A stretch of 64,000 bases of DNA from Felis catus (lineage: Eukaryota). The stretch covers positions 218,428,001-218,492,000 of the forward strand of contig NC_058368.1 in the NCBI RefSeq assembly GCF_018350175.1, read 5' to 3'. Each line of letters starts with the position of its first letter. Within the stretch, counting starts at the first letter, position 1. Shown one piece after another: positions 1 through 13,106 of this stretch. Below the pieces are notes generated by a model, which worked only from the letters and a program-made list of their open reading frames with translations, did no database searches and was not told the DNA's origin. The position numbers and the translations under genes are program-made.

Positions 1-404
1 AAAAGGACAAGTAAGTTCATCAATCCACATTTCTATGTTAGTTGGTCTTAAGCTTCTTTATCACTGCCCAGTTAATTAGGCGGCCTAATAACTGTAAATA
101 ACAGTTTTCAAAAAAGCCTTATTTTGGAATCTGGAAGGATGATCACTCTGGTCAAAGAACACTATCATACTAGAACCAGAACAAGATAGGATCGATTCAC
201 TGGTCTGTACAGCTACAGCTTGTTGTTTAAAGTAGAGAAAGTAGAAAGTAAGAGATTTTTTTGTTTTGTTTTGTTTTTTAGTGTTCTCAAAGCTCAACAC
301 ATTTGGCTTTAGATATAAGTTGGTCACTTTGTAATCCTATCTATTTAATTGGGGCTGCTGATTATTGCCCCACATACTTATGACAAATAAAAGAAATACA
401 TGCA

Positions 405-626
405 GGGGCGCCTGGGTGGCGCAGTCGGTTAAGCGTCCGACTTCAGCCAGGTCACGATCTCGCGGTCTGTGAGTTCGAGCCCCGCGTCAGGCTCTGGGCT
501 GATGGCTCGGAGCCTGGAGCCTGTTTCCGATTCTGTGTCTCCCTCTCTCTCTGCCCCTCCCCCGTTCATGCTCTGTCTCTCTCTGTCCCAAAAATAAATA
601 AAAACGCTGAAAAAAAAATTAAAAAA
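405..626 (+). mobile_element. Young felid CAN-SINE (SINEC_Fc-like, tRNA-derived)
   Basis: GGGGCGCCTGGGTGGCGCAGTCGGTTAAGCG head with A and B boxes (GTTCGAGCCC), (CT)n tract and A-tail. CpGs are intact. Perfect TSD AAAAGAAATACATGCA at 389-404 and 627-642. Confidence 0.97.
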
Positions 627-1742
627 AAAAGAAATACATGCAGTTTAGTCTTTCAGTGAGTTCCATATGAGGAAAATATATTATATGTATGCATTCTAAT
701 ATATTTTATATTTTCAGACATTTTCTATTTAAAAATAATACTTTAAAATTCTATTCTTGAAAACTGAGATGAGGATCAGAGATTAAAATGTTTTCATGTG
801 TGATATTATAATCAATAAAATGATGAGAAAAATGCGTAATAACTGGAAATCACCAAGAGTTGAAAGAGTATGCTTCTGCTTCTGGGTAGGCTATCAGAAC
901 TGCAATTTATTCATTAGCCAATGTAAAAAAAAAAAAAAGTGGGATTGTTTTTTTTAAAGATACTTACTTAAATTAAGGATTTTATTACTTTGAAGTTTCA
1001 AGAGTCTGCATTTTGTTGTCTCTTGTGAGAGAAAACCCTGAGCAATAACTAAATGAAAATATCACTCAGAGCAATATTTTAAAGCCAATAATGCAAATTA
1101 TGAATGAATATGACCAAACTGTTTTTGCAACTCAAAAGAGAAAATTCTTGGCTGGGAGCAATGCAATGAAAAATATAATCAAAAAGCAAATTAATTAAGT
1201 GCTTGGAGCTTCCTTTTAGAAAAGTTTGAAAATTGCCTTGATAAGTGAATTTTATGAAATAGATGAAAACTTGGCACAGCCCCACAAGTAGATATGTGTC
1301 ATGTGTCAAAGAAGGAAGTCAGGATCCGAAATACATCACCTTAGGACATTACTTTTAAGTATGTAAATGGGTACATTTGCACATTTAAAAGTACACAAAT
1401 CATGCTTGAAAACAATAAGACAACCAAGAAGACCAAGATTAAGCTAATCTCTACAACTGGATGAAATGATGGATATCATCTATTAAACGTAATTTCCATT
1501 TTCATTTACTTTATTCATATTGGTGACTTATAAAGCTGATAATTAACAAAGTACTTTATTATTAAAAGCAAATCTTTGAAGAAAAGAAAAAAAATGACAG
1601 TTTTGGAGAATGCTGAATTAACAGGAAAAAATGAATGCCTGTATAGAGAGTTATCAATTCAGTGTGTGAAACAGTATTAACAGTCCAAGAAGTATTAACA
1701 ATATTCCCACCCCAGTTCCTTTTTATTCTTTCTTTACTTTAC

Positions 1743-1945
1743 TTTTTTAAGTTTATTTATTTATTTTGAGAGAGAGAGAGTGAGCTGGGGAGGGGCAGAG
1801 GGAGAGGGAGAGGGAAAATTCCAAGCAGGCTCCGTGCTGTCAGTGCAGAGCCTGACACAAGGCTTGATCCCACAAACCCTGAGATCATGACCTGAGCTGA
1901 AATCAAGAGTCTGACACTTAACTGACTAAGCCACCCAGGTGTCCT
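1743..1945 (-). mobile_element. CAN-SINE, older copy
   Basis: T-rich tail, (GA)n, GAGATCATGACCTGAGCTGAAATCAAGAGT and CCACCCAGGTGTCC end. Confidence 0.93.
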
Positions 1946-2014
1946 TCTTTATTATTAATGACATAAGAGGCAAAATTTAAAAGACCCATGCCTTACATAT
2001 TTGATTTCGCAGCA

Positions 2015-2192
2015 AATAAAAGTTTATGTCTTTATTTTGAAAGAAAGAGGCAGAGAGAGAGAATCCTAAGCAGGCTCCACACCTTTAGCAACTTGGAGCC
2101 TGACATGGGGCTGGAACTCAGGAACCACGAGATCATGACCTGAGCCGAAATCAAGAGTTGGAAGCTTAATTGACTGAGCCACCCAGGTGCCC
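2015..2192 (-). mobile_element. CAN-SINE, older copy
   Basis: GAGATCATGACCTGAGCCGAAATCAAGAG..GAGCCACCCAGGTGCCC. Degenerate TSD TGATTTCGCAGCA / TGATTCTGCAGCA. Confidence 0.93.
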
Positions 2193-3012
2193 TGATTCTG
2201 CAGCATTTTAAAGAAAAGTAAAATGTTTCTAGGATACTTGAGATAAATTATAATTTAAATCATTTACAATTTTAAGATAAAATGGTATTTAACTTTTAGG
2301 AAAGGATGGAAACATATGCCATATACTAAGTGCAGAGTGATCTAAGAATAACTTTATTGTATTTAATATTCGACACATACACAGAAAGTATGATTTATTC
2401 CAATTTGAGACGTGGCAGGAGTAAGGCTTAGAGAGGATAAATAAGCTGACCTAGCTACACCCCTATAATATCAAGATTTAATCTCCTCCACCTGCAACAA
2501 AACAAATCCCTTCTCTGTTACATCAGATTGACTTCTCTGGTGGGGCAGATGTTACAATTCAGGTTTACTGAGAAATTTATTGTTGTTTGTGACTGTTTCT
2601 TCCATTATTTGGGACAGAGTTGTGATGGTTATAAATCTGTGCAGGGGAAGCTTCTAGTGTTCACAGAGACACAGATAGCACTAGACAAGTGTGCAATATC
2701 CTTGTTAGCATTTGAGGGTAATATGAGGATAGCATGCCCAGAAATGTTTGCGTTATCTATATAGAGAAAGAAGATGTCTTCAATTCCTTGTACATGTGAT
2801 TCCTGAGTGATTTCAATTACTTTCCAGTAACTATGTTAGCAACTATTTTAGCTCAGGCTGTCAGCTAGCAAATTAATTTAGAAAGGTCCTCCTGAGGGTG
2901 GATTTTCTGACTCCTGCTAGTTACTGAAGAACAATATAGTTAGGATTATACTACCTGTAGTTACACTAGAAGTCAGCATCACGTGGCCCTTATTTTAAAA
3001 GTGAAGAAAAAA

Positions 3013-3203
3013 GGGGCACCTGGGTGGTTCAGTCGGTTAAGCATTTGACTCTTGGTTTCGGCTCATATCATGACCTCATGGTTTGTGAGGTCAAGCCCTG
3101 TGTCGGGCTCTGTGCTGGCAGGGCGGAGCCTGCTTGGGATTCTCTCTCTCCCTCTCTCTGCCCTTACACCCCTCTCAAAATAAATAAATTAAAAAAATTT
3201 TAA
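3013..3203 (+). mobile_element. CAN-SINE
   Basis: GGGGCACCTGGGTGGTTCAGTCGGTTAAGC head, (CT)n and AAAATAAATAAA tail. Confidence 0.93.
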
Positions 3204-4789
3204 ACTGATGAAAAAGACTTAGTGATTTGAGTGTTTATTTCCAAAGGAATTTCTAGATCAACTTCCCAACTGATGTAGTATTGGTAAAATGAATTTATAT
3301 ATCTTGTATTATATTATATATGTTCATGTGCATGAGTATATACACACATATGCATGATATGTGTGTATATTATATGTGATATATATGAATATATAAAAGA
3401 TGTATATATACGGGTATATGTATTCATTGTCTAGTCTAGAATGCAAGCGGCAAGAGCCTTTGTCTGGAAGGTTTCGTGCAATGCAAATAGAATCAGAGTT
3501 GAGAAACAGAAGATAAATGAAAATACCCTACAGGTATTAGGACAACCTCATTTGTTCTCAACAGATTGCATTTGCAAAGCACTTGGTAAGGAATGCATGT
3601 TGCCAAAGTTAATAATCTGGTTTCTTAAAATGTAAGTTCACAACAAAGACTTTTCCATTAGACTATACATACCTAAAGTTTATTATTTTAAATATTTCAA
3701 TATCCAATGGGGGTTCAACTTAGCTGTGCAAACCTGATATATTTTGTTGCACTTTTTTCTCTCATATACCTGGCGTTAGATTTAAGTAGTTAGAATATTA
3801 ATTTTTAAAATGATCATACTTAAAAATAAATATACTTTAAGGTTTCTATTGATTTCTCTTATATACAGAAGTATCTACTGGTAGTTTCTTAAATATATAT
3901 TCATACTTGAATGATGGGAAGTCACAAGGATTTCTATTGCCTGTAATGGAAATATGTATGCAGATTCTGTCATTGAAATGTTCCTTTTACTTTATCATAT
4001 TTCACAGAACTTTATATCCAAAGGGGAAAGAGAAATTTGCAAATATTTCTATTCAATGAATAAACATAAGGACAATCCTCACAGCACTTTGCAGATTGTG
4101 CTAAGGCATCAGACTGGCAAGAATGTAAAGGCTCCAAATGCCTTTGTTGGTCTATTTGTTTTGCACCTGCCAGCATGTATGTGTTCTAGCTGCCGACACC
4201 TGCTCCTCCAATTTATTTTGCGAAAATATACCTAATTTTTAAATGGGAGGAAAGCAAACCTTAATATTTAAATAAAATATATTACATGAAAAAAAACCCT
4301 CTGGCATTATGTCAGAATCCAAAACTTTTCATTCAAGACAATCGTATAAAAAGCCATATTAATGTAAGGCTACACCCCAGGAATGATTCCTGCATGCTGA
4401 ATAACTGAGAATTCCTGTTATATGAATTATTAGGAATTCCATTTGTTACCTAGTTAACTGATCCAAAAATTTGATTACATTTTGGATCACAGACTATTTC
4501 GGGGAAAAATATATATTTTTTTAATGGCCAAGAAAACATTGTCAGCCATTTTTTCTTTGAACAAATATTTTTTTTTGGCAGACCCTATTCAAGCCACTTC
4601 ATTTACGTCATTAAACAAACAAAAAGATCTTTGCTTTCATGCAACTTGTAATATTGAAAAAAATGATAGTAGTGAAAAAACACCATATCTCTGTTTGCAT
4701 GTCATAGTTTCCATTTGTGGCTGTGTTCCTGACATGTTAATGGCAAACTCTTCCATTCTTCCAATATTACAAGTTGGATAATATGTTAA

Positions 4790-5290
4790 ATGGTCACCTT
4801 ACCAAAATAAACAATAACTAGGTAAATTATATGGAATGTTAGGTGATAAGTGCTCTAGAAAAAGAAATAGTGAAAGGTGATGGATGATATTGAGTGTGGC
4901 AGATGGTGGAGAGGAAGCTGTATGCCACTCTGGCTGTCAGACTAGGCCTCATTGCAGGTTGAATTTCTGCAAAGATTGGGATGGCTGTAATGACTATCTA
5001 GAAAAACCATATCTACAGAGAGGAAATGCCACTGAAAATATCTTAAAGTGAGCGTATATCTTAAGTCGCGAAGACAGAATAGCTGGAATAGAGAGTAAGG
5101 ATGTGCAAGAGAAGAGAGTCAGATCATGTAACTCCTTTTAGGCCATAATTACATTTTTGGATGTAAATCTAAGAGAATTGAGAGAAAGCTGAGTTGGTTT
5201 CAGCAGAGAAATGACAGAAGAATGTGACTGTTGGTAGGAAAGAGATTGAAGGAGGAAAGAATGGAAAAAGGGGACCTGTTTGGGGGATCT
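4790..5290 (-). mobile_element. Ancient L2 LINE fragment
   Basis: Purine-rich degenerate motifs resembling antisense L2 (GGTGATAAGTGCT..., AGATCATGTA...GGCCAT, CAGCAGAGAAATGACA). Boundaries are approximate. Confidence 0.55.
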
Positions 5291-5987
5291 TGCTTTTCCT
5301 ATTTCCTGGCCAAAGTTTGTAATGCAATGGACTGAATTATTAATAGTGGTATTCTTGGCATTTTTAACATTTAAAGAAGTGTTTTTATGTTTTCACTACA
5401 TAGTACCATGATTGTCTTATCCTTTTTATTTCTATTTTGCCAAGATTTTTGATTATTTTTGTTTCATATGGAAGGCACTGCCAAGTGCTTCCTTCTGTAC
5501 CTTACTATATGGTTAGGTTTTTTTCCCTTTAATATGTTAGTGTGATGACTCAAAAGCATATGAATGCACACATGTGTGTGTATGTATATAACATCCTTAA
5601 ATACACTTTAGTGTTCCTCTGGGATCTTTGCATGTATTTTATGATATATTTGATTGTAATACTCATTTGTTATTAAGTGTTTTAATTTGATATCATAAGG
5701 AGATTAGATTTGCAATAAGGTAATTAATGAGTTTTTGTACTTTTTATATTCTCTGAATAGTATAATATTGGAATTATAATACCTGGAATGTGATATAACT
5801 CATCCATAACACTGGGTTTTCTATTTTGTTGTTAGAATAATTTTTCAACAGTGATTCACTTTATTTTATTAAGTTTCCACATGCATTCATAAGTCTGCTT
5901 TCTTAAATTATATTTTTGTATGCTTTAATTTAATTATTAAATATATAAAATATACTGGCAAAATGTTCATCATATTTTCCTATTTTT

Positions 5988-6207
5988 TTTTAAATTTTTT
6001 TCAACGTTTTTTATTTATTTTTGGGACAGAGAGAGACAGAGCATGAACGGGTGAGGAGCAGAGAGAGAGGGAGACACAGAATCGGAAACAGGCTCCAGGC
6101 TCCGAGCCATCAGCCCAGAGCCTGACGCGGGGCTCGAACTCACAGACCGCGAGATCGTGACCTGGCTGAAATCGGACGCTTAACCGACTGCGCCACCCAG
6201 GCGCCCC
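5988..6207 (-). mobile_element. Young felid CAN-SINE
   Basis: Reverse complement is nearly identical to the 405-626 copy. Perfect TSD ATATTTTCCTATTTTT at 5972-5987 and 6209-6224. Confidence 0.97.
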
Positions 6208-6772
6208 GATATTTTCCTATTTTTAAAGCACATGCTACTTTTGTGAATATCTTCTCTTTTCCTTCTATACTATTGTTACTTGTACATTTATTTTTTTCTT
6301 CTTTGAGAGAAGAAGGAAATATTGCAAAAGTACTTTGGTTCTTTTAACATTTTATTTTACCTTTTAGACATTTGACTCAAATAAATGCTTTTGTAGACTC
6401 ACTCATTTTAATTTTGTATTCTCTTTAATTTCTTTTTTTGTTTTAGCTATTTGCTTTCTTCCTTGTTTGGATTACTCATTAATTTTCATATTCTTACGCA
6501 TACCAATTTAAGTCTTTGACTTTCAGCCTTTCTTTTAACAATTTCTGATTTAGTTTATAAGTGGTACTTGAGTTAGCATTTGTTACGTTTTTGTAAAGTA
6601 TTATTTTCATGATTATTTACTTCTAAATATATTCCCACTCCTGTTATGATATTTAACTTGAGACTTATAGAAATGATTTTTAAAATTATTATAATTATAT
6701 AGAAACATTTATTCAGTTTCATATTAATTTTGAATGTAAATATATTGTCATCTGGTAATGTGTGCTTTATAA

Positions 6773-6992
6773 CCAAGATTAACAAGCCCACAGGCCAAAT
6801 CCAGCCCCAACTCTGTTTGATAAAACAAAGTTTTATTGCAACCCATGCATGTCCATTCATCTACATATTTTCTATTTTACTTTTGACTAGAAGAGCAGAG
6901 TTGAGTAGTTGCAATTGAGACTATATGGCAAGCAGAGATGAACATATTTAGTCTTTGGATCTTTACAGAAAAATATTTTTTTTTACTCCTGT
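6773..6992 (+). mobile_element. MER58A-like hAT-Charlie DNA transposon relic
   Basis: GGCCAAATCCAGCCC...AAAGTTTTATTG...GCAGAGTTGAGTAGTTGCAA...GAGACTATATGGC...CTTTACAGAAAAA matches the recalled MER58A consensus. Confidence 0.8.
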
Positions 6993-7097
6993 TATATAAT
7001 GTTTTGAAATTTGATAGGACCTGGTTATGAAATAATACATAGAAAATGTATATATAAATCCATATATGCTTGAAACTGTATTTCGTAGTCATGTCCT

Positions 7098-7153
7098 TTT
7101 AAAAAAATGTTTATTGTTTTTGAGAGAGAGCATGGGTGAGGGAGAATCGGAGG

Positions 7154-7217
<64 letters not shown>

Positions 7218-7305
7218 ATATCGAGCAGGTTCCCCACTCAGCATCAGAGCCTGATGTAGGGTTCTATCTCTCAGTTGTGACAAACTGACATGAGCCAGCA
7301 TCCCA
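7098..7305 (-). mobile_element. CAN-SINE with expanded (GA)n and an internally shortened head
   Basis: TTTATTGTTTTTGAGAGAGAG tail, long (AG)n at about 7154-7217, then GCAGGTTCCCCACTCAGCATCAGAGCCTGATG. Confidence 0.8.
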
Positions 7306-7492
7306 GCCATGTACTATTTTATTTGTTTACAGAATAAGATTTACTATATATTTTTAAATCTACATATTTGCTGATTTCTTTATATTCCCAGTTAATTGTT
7401 AAGTGAATTATGTAAAAAAAAAAAAGAACACCTTGATGATAGATATATATTTTTACTTTCATTTCTCTTAATTAGTTTAATTATGATTGTGC

Positions 7493-7570
7493 GATATTAT
7501 GGTAGGGGCATGTGAGTTTAAAATTAAAATTGATATTATGATAGGGGCATGCGAGTTTAAAATTAAAATT
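7493..7570. repeat. 39-bp tandem duplication (2 copies)
   Basis: GATATTATGGTAGGGGCATGTGAGTTTAAAATTAAAATT followed by GATATTATGATAGGGGCATGCGAGTTTAAAATTAAAATT (2 mismatches). Confidence 0.95.
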
Positions 7571-7869
7571 TCCATCATGCTTTCAACACTGCCTTAAAAT
7601 CTCTTCCTCTTAATTTCAATAGATCTACATCAATTTTTTTATTTTTATTATATTTCATTACATCTGTATTTTTTCTCAGTTTATCTATGTGTTTTATACA
7701 TTATTCTTGTAAACAGCACATAGCTGAAGTTGTGTTTCAAACTAACCTAAAACTATTTATCTTTTAAATGTTTAATTTATTTAACTTATATATAATTTGA
7801 TAACTCATTTATTTATACTTACCTTTAAACCATTTATTTTATTCTATTTACTTCACTTTATATACCTAA

Positions 7870-7912
<43 letters not shown>

Positions 7913-7949
7913 CGCGCATGTGTGCGTGCATGTGTGTGTGTCTGTGTGT
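7870..7949. repeat. Compound (TG)n(CG)n microsatellite
   Basis: Alternating purine-pyrimidine tract that includes GCGCGCGCGCGCGC. Confidence 0.95.
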
Positions 7950-8330
7950 TTCTCCTCTTTTGGTTTTATTTATTTTGTTTTCTAATTCTATTAACTTTTT
8001 TGTACTAGTTTCCAAGTTTGTGTATACTCTTTTGAATTTTCTTAGTTGTTTCCCTTAATACACTAATTTGATGAAACATGAAGTTACTGATAAGTTTACT
8101 ACTTTTCTAAAAGATACAACTGCAATGAGCTCTCTGACTTTGATGATGCTCTTTCCAAATGTCAATGTCAATGTTGTAAAATTGTTTAGCATTCCCTTTT
8201 ATGCCACTTGTTAGAAATTATTTCCATTTTAATTTATCAAATTGTTTATTTAAATGTTTAATATTTTATTTAATGGATGTTCTTATGTGTATCTCAATTT
8301 CCTATGGTATATGTTTAGAAATTCCTTTGG

Positions 8331-8558
8331 GGGGCGCCTGGGTGGCTCAGTCGGTTAAGCGTCGGACTTCAGCTCAGGTCACGATCTCGCAGTCTGCAAA
8401 TTCCAGCCCCGCGTCAGGCTCTGGGCTGATGGCTCAGAGCCTGGAGCCTGCTTCGATTCTGTGTCTCCCTTTCTCTCTGCCCCTCCCCCGCCCCCGTTCA
8501 TGCTCTGTCTCTCTCTGTCTCAAAAATAAATAAAAAACCATTAAAAAATTAAAAAAAA
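8331..8558 (+). mobile_element. Felid CAN-SINE
   Basis: Canonical head and tail. TSD AGAAATTCCTTTG at 8317-8329 and 8559-8571. Confidence 0.97.
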
Positions 8559-10919
8559 AGAAATTCCTTTGATGATACACTCTGAATTATATAATGTCAC
8601 ATTTTAGGTTGTATTTATTTTTTCTTAATTTTATTTTGTATTCATTCTAGTTTCTATTGTTATTATTAGAAGTCAGCTGACTTATAATCTAGTTGTCATT
8701 CTTTTGTATTTAACCTCCCCCCTCCTTCCCGAAAGACTTTTAACATATTTCATTGTCTTTGGTGCTTTTGCTGCTTCATGATGATAATGGCAAAATGGAA
8801 ATTCTTTCCAGAATACATTAGTCTACCTTTAAGAGTTTGTGACTTTAAACAGTTTTGGAAAATTCTGAGTTAGTATCCCTTTATATTCTGTGTCTCTAAA
8901 ATTTTCTCAATTAACCACTACTAAATTATAAAAAGACATGTTGAACCATCTCATTTTATCTTCCATATCTGGTATCTCTTTAACATTTTCCATTTCCTTG
9001 CTTATATACATGCTGTTATTGTTTTTTAAGATCTATTTTTGTGGCTTCTAATCTCTTTTCAGGTACTTCAGACCTGTTATTTAACTCATACACCAAGTTT
9101 GTAATCTCAATATTATATTTTTACTTCTTAAAATTTTTATACTTTTCCAAATCTAATCATTTTTTGAAGATCTCTTGTTCCTTTGTTATAATTTAAAATC
9201 CATTTTTTAAACAAATACAACATGTTTGTCCTTTCTGATGCTTCTCTGACTCCGGCCCAGGATGGTTTGTTCTTTATGTAGTTATTGCTTTTTTTCATTG
9301 TGAGCTGATATTCCTTTATTTGTGTTAATTTTTGAAAGCCTGAATTTAAAGATGCTTTCCTTCATAAATGTGAGCCTGTCATTGGCCTTATGTCATTACT
9401 AACTCAGGACCAGTTTCCCCATCTTCTAGGATTATAGTTGATTGGGCCAGAAGAATGCAGTGAATTCAGATCCCAAGGACTGTTTTTGCATTTTCTGGGA
9501 ATTTTTCTGATCTTTCCAAGGAAAATGAAGGTCTTTAAAAGCAAATGTAGGTACAGCCTAGTTCTGTGTGGTGAATTTCCAGATTTGTTCAATTTTTATT
9601 CATGGCATCCCCTTTCGAAAATTCAGCATTTACTTGGGAATCTATAATTTGGCATTTACCATGTGTTTACTCTAGGGTTTGTTTTGTATCTTCCATATAT
9701 ACAGATAATTAAAACTCAAGACATAAGATTAAGTGATGATCAAATGCCTTAAGGCAGCTACCAACTTGAAAGTGGACTTTCTTCTTTAAATTCATGCTTT
9801 ATCATCATTTTAGGCTCAGACGTTTCCTTTACTTTCTTGCCTGCTGTGGATTTTTTTGGAAAATATTTTGTTCATATCACTCAGATTGCTAAATTGCCCA
9901 TAAGCATAAGTACTCCTGTTTTTAATACATTTTCTGAAAATGGAAAATTGCTGAGACAAATCATTGTTTATACTTTGTTATTTTTTTTTCAAGTACAGTT
10001 TCTGTGCTTTTTATTCCTCTCTTTTCATTTTAGTTGATTGAGGAATTAACATTTTGGTACTGCTCCTATCTTGAGCTAAAGTACTTACAACTGCCACAAA
10101 TCTATGACTTTTGTGTAGCACTTACTATAAAATCAGGAATTTGGTTATTTGGATGTTTCTATATCACTTTCTTTCCTTTGGTGTTTTGGTGGCAGAATCA
10201 TAAGCAAATAGTTGACGCATAACAAGTTATTCTAATTATTGCTCTAAAATATCAGATTCCTTCTACATTATATAAGACAATGAATTCATTATTGACCTGT
10301 TTAGCCTTCCAAAGAGTTACCAAACTATGGTAATAATGTCTGTTGAAGGCATTTTCACAAATGTTATAAAGGAGCAATTTACCTTTTTGCTCTTTTTGAA
10401 GCTTAATAATAAACTAGTTTTCTCCTGGAGCAATTTTGTTTCAAAATATTATAACTGACAGACATGAGGAAATGGAATGAAGGAAGAGTAAATTTGACCA
10501 GCAAAAGACATAAATGAAGATATCTACACTGAAAGAGAGAATAATTAGGTGAAAATAAAATGGCTAGAAATATATAAATGTTATCCTACAATTTCAAAAA
10601 TATGCTAGAAGTATCAACTAGTGCTGATATCTCTTTCTAATCCTAAAACACGATAAACGATATTATGTAAATTTTGTAGGTTGGTAAGATAAAAGGCACA
10701 ACGTTTTACTTATCAACTACTAATAGATTGTTAGCAAACCTAAAAATGGAACATGAAGAATATTTTCAGAAAATAAAAACATAAGCTACTTCCCTTCTCT
10801 TGCATCTATTTAGACATTATTATTAAATAAATTAATAAAGCATGAATTTTTGGCAACCAACTTGTGACAAAAATTATTTTTTCCTAATTTCCATAAAAAG
10901 GGCTCTATAATGAACTTCT

Positions 10920-11109
10920 TTTTTAATGTTTATTTATTTTGAGAGACAGCAGGGGAGGGGCAGGGAAAGGGAGAGAGAGAGAATACCAAGCAGGCTCTGC
11001 CCTGTCAGCGTGAAGCCTGACATGGGGCTAATCCCCTGAACTGTGAGATCATGACCTAAGCCAAATTCAAGAGTCGGTTGCTTAACCGACTGAGCCACTC
11101 AGGCAACCC
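10920..11109 (-). mobile_element. CAN-SINE
   Basis: Canonical antisense body. TSD ATGAACTTCT at 10910-10919 and 11110-11119. Confidence 0.94.
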
Positions 11110-13046
11110 ATGAACTTCTGAAATAAGAAAAGAAAATATGTAAAGATTAGCTTATAACTAGGACTGTCAAATGCTTGGTAAAACAATATGAAAACGGAGC
11201 TTTTTTATTCAACTGAATACTGGGGAAGAGTCAGTGACACTACTAGTTCAGGTCCTTGCTGTGTGCTAAAAACTGACTTAAATGTGTAAGACTGTAAACT
11301 AAGAAACCAACTTCCTCTACTCTCTTACTCTTTCCATTATGCTAAAATAAAGTACTTAGGTTTTCTTTTTCACACTAGTGAAGTTACTAAGGGAAGGAAT
11401 ACTTCTTTTAATTTCTCTTTCAAAAACCTAAAGTCAAAAGGAAAATATGAACTTTATTAATAATTAATATAAGTATTGATATAATTAATTAATTAATTCA
11501 TATTTAATTATTAATTGAATTTATTATTTAAAATGAAAGGGGGGAAGGCTCATCTTCCCCTAAAACACACACAGTGGTGGAATATATAATTTAATCTGGA
11601 TTCAAAAAGATGGAGAGGGTAATATTCTTATTACTCTGGATATATGGAAGGGTTTTGCACCATACTTTGAGGTCTGTGCATGTAAAGGCAAGGGAGACTA
11701 GGAATCTTCTCATCTAGTTTTATATTTGTCATCTTTTCACTCATTAGAACAGTTGTGAAGATAAAATAATGCATATGAAAATTATTTTGTAAACCAATAA
11801 ATAAATACTTTTTAGGTAGAAAGTTGCTATAACAGAGACAATAACAAGGAATATGAAACTATTAAATTAACCAAATGAAGTCCAAAAAATCCTGCTCTGA
11901 TATTGATTTCTCTGATGTATTCTTGAGATTATATGAAGTGCTATACAGTCTTTTCTAAGTATTATTCAGAATTCTATTAGCTATGGGGTGCTAGCCAGTG
12001 GGAAATATGCTGAGCAGATGAATGTGAGTAAAAATTAGGCACACTCTGTCATCTGAAGCTTATATTCTAGTGTCTGAGTAAGGCATCAATCAAAAACAAC
12101 ACACAAAATCAGTTAAAATTGTAAATATGCCATAAGCACTTTCCTTAAAGGGAACGGTGAGGTGAGATTTAAGAATGGGTAGGGGTTGAGTAAGTGAATG
12201 TGATTTAAAAAATATCCAGTGGGTTGTTTGTTTGTTTGTTTTCATCTTGAACACTCTGGTACCAAGCAGGCATGATGGTATATTTCCTGATATTATATTG
12301 TGTCAATTCAAGAATAAAAGCTACAATTTAGCAAAGAGAGTCTTTTGACACAAATCCAGAAGTTCAATCAGATCATAAAATATATTGACACTTGTAATAG
12401 AACACTTATTTTTTTCATTGTAGGCATTGTTTTTGTCACAAATGGCTAAGCTCTACATTTTCAGTAACACCTAAATGTAGATAAAACCTAAAACTCTATT
12501 GAAGTATATTTATTTTTTTGATTATCAATACTTATTGCATAGAGTATATTAAAACGGGTATGAATTTGAAAGTTTGAAAGTTATCTTTTCTTATATCACC
12601 ATTAAAGTTGCCCTAAACTTGCTTTTCTTAGAGAGAAAGATGGAAGAGTATTTTAACATAAAAAGAATAATTATCAACCCGATAGTCCTAAATATCATAT
12701 AAAGAGTTGAACATGACAAGGTGTACAATTTGTACTTTAATCAAAGCGGTTTTAATGACATCCATATAAAAATCTCAGCCAGGAGACTGATAGTGGCCGC
12801 ATATATTTGCAATGGGCAATTATTAGCTATAAGTTCCCAACATTCGTTTGATTTTTGATCATTTCAGAGGACTCAGAACATACCATGACGGCCTTGTTGA
12901 TAAAGATTACCTGACTGCTTAATTCTTACTTTAAATATCATTCAGAAGTAGAACATAAGCCTATCTAGTATTTCAAATGTTGTTTAGAGATCATTTTAGA
13001 CTTATACAACACATTTTTAATCAATACAGATCAACTACATTTACCA

Positions 13047-13093
<47 letters not shown>

Positions 13094-13106
13094 TGTCTAT
13101 CATCTA
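13047..13106. repeat. (ATCT)n tetranucleotide microsatellite
   Basis: Read directly from the sequence. Confidence 0.95.

Larger units (their letters stand above)
5300..9950 (-). mobile_element. Highly decayed old L1M/L1ME/HAL1-type relic, interrupted by younger elements
   Basis: T-rich strand bias with remnants resembling antisense L1 (TTTTCCCTTTAATATGTTAGTGTGATGA near 5521; AGAAGTCAGCTG...TTGTCATTCTTTTGTA near 8670). Boundaries are approximate and more than one element may be present. Confidence 0.5.

Noticed and set aside
1..16. Possible splice donor AA|GTAAGT at 11-16
   Set aside because: Only 10 upstream bases are visible and the hexamer occurs by chance, so no exon can be supported.
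405..490. tRNA genes at SINE heads
   Set aside because: The A and B boxes belong to tRNA-derived CAN-SINEs, which also have (CT)n tracts, A-tails and TSDs.
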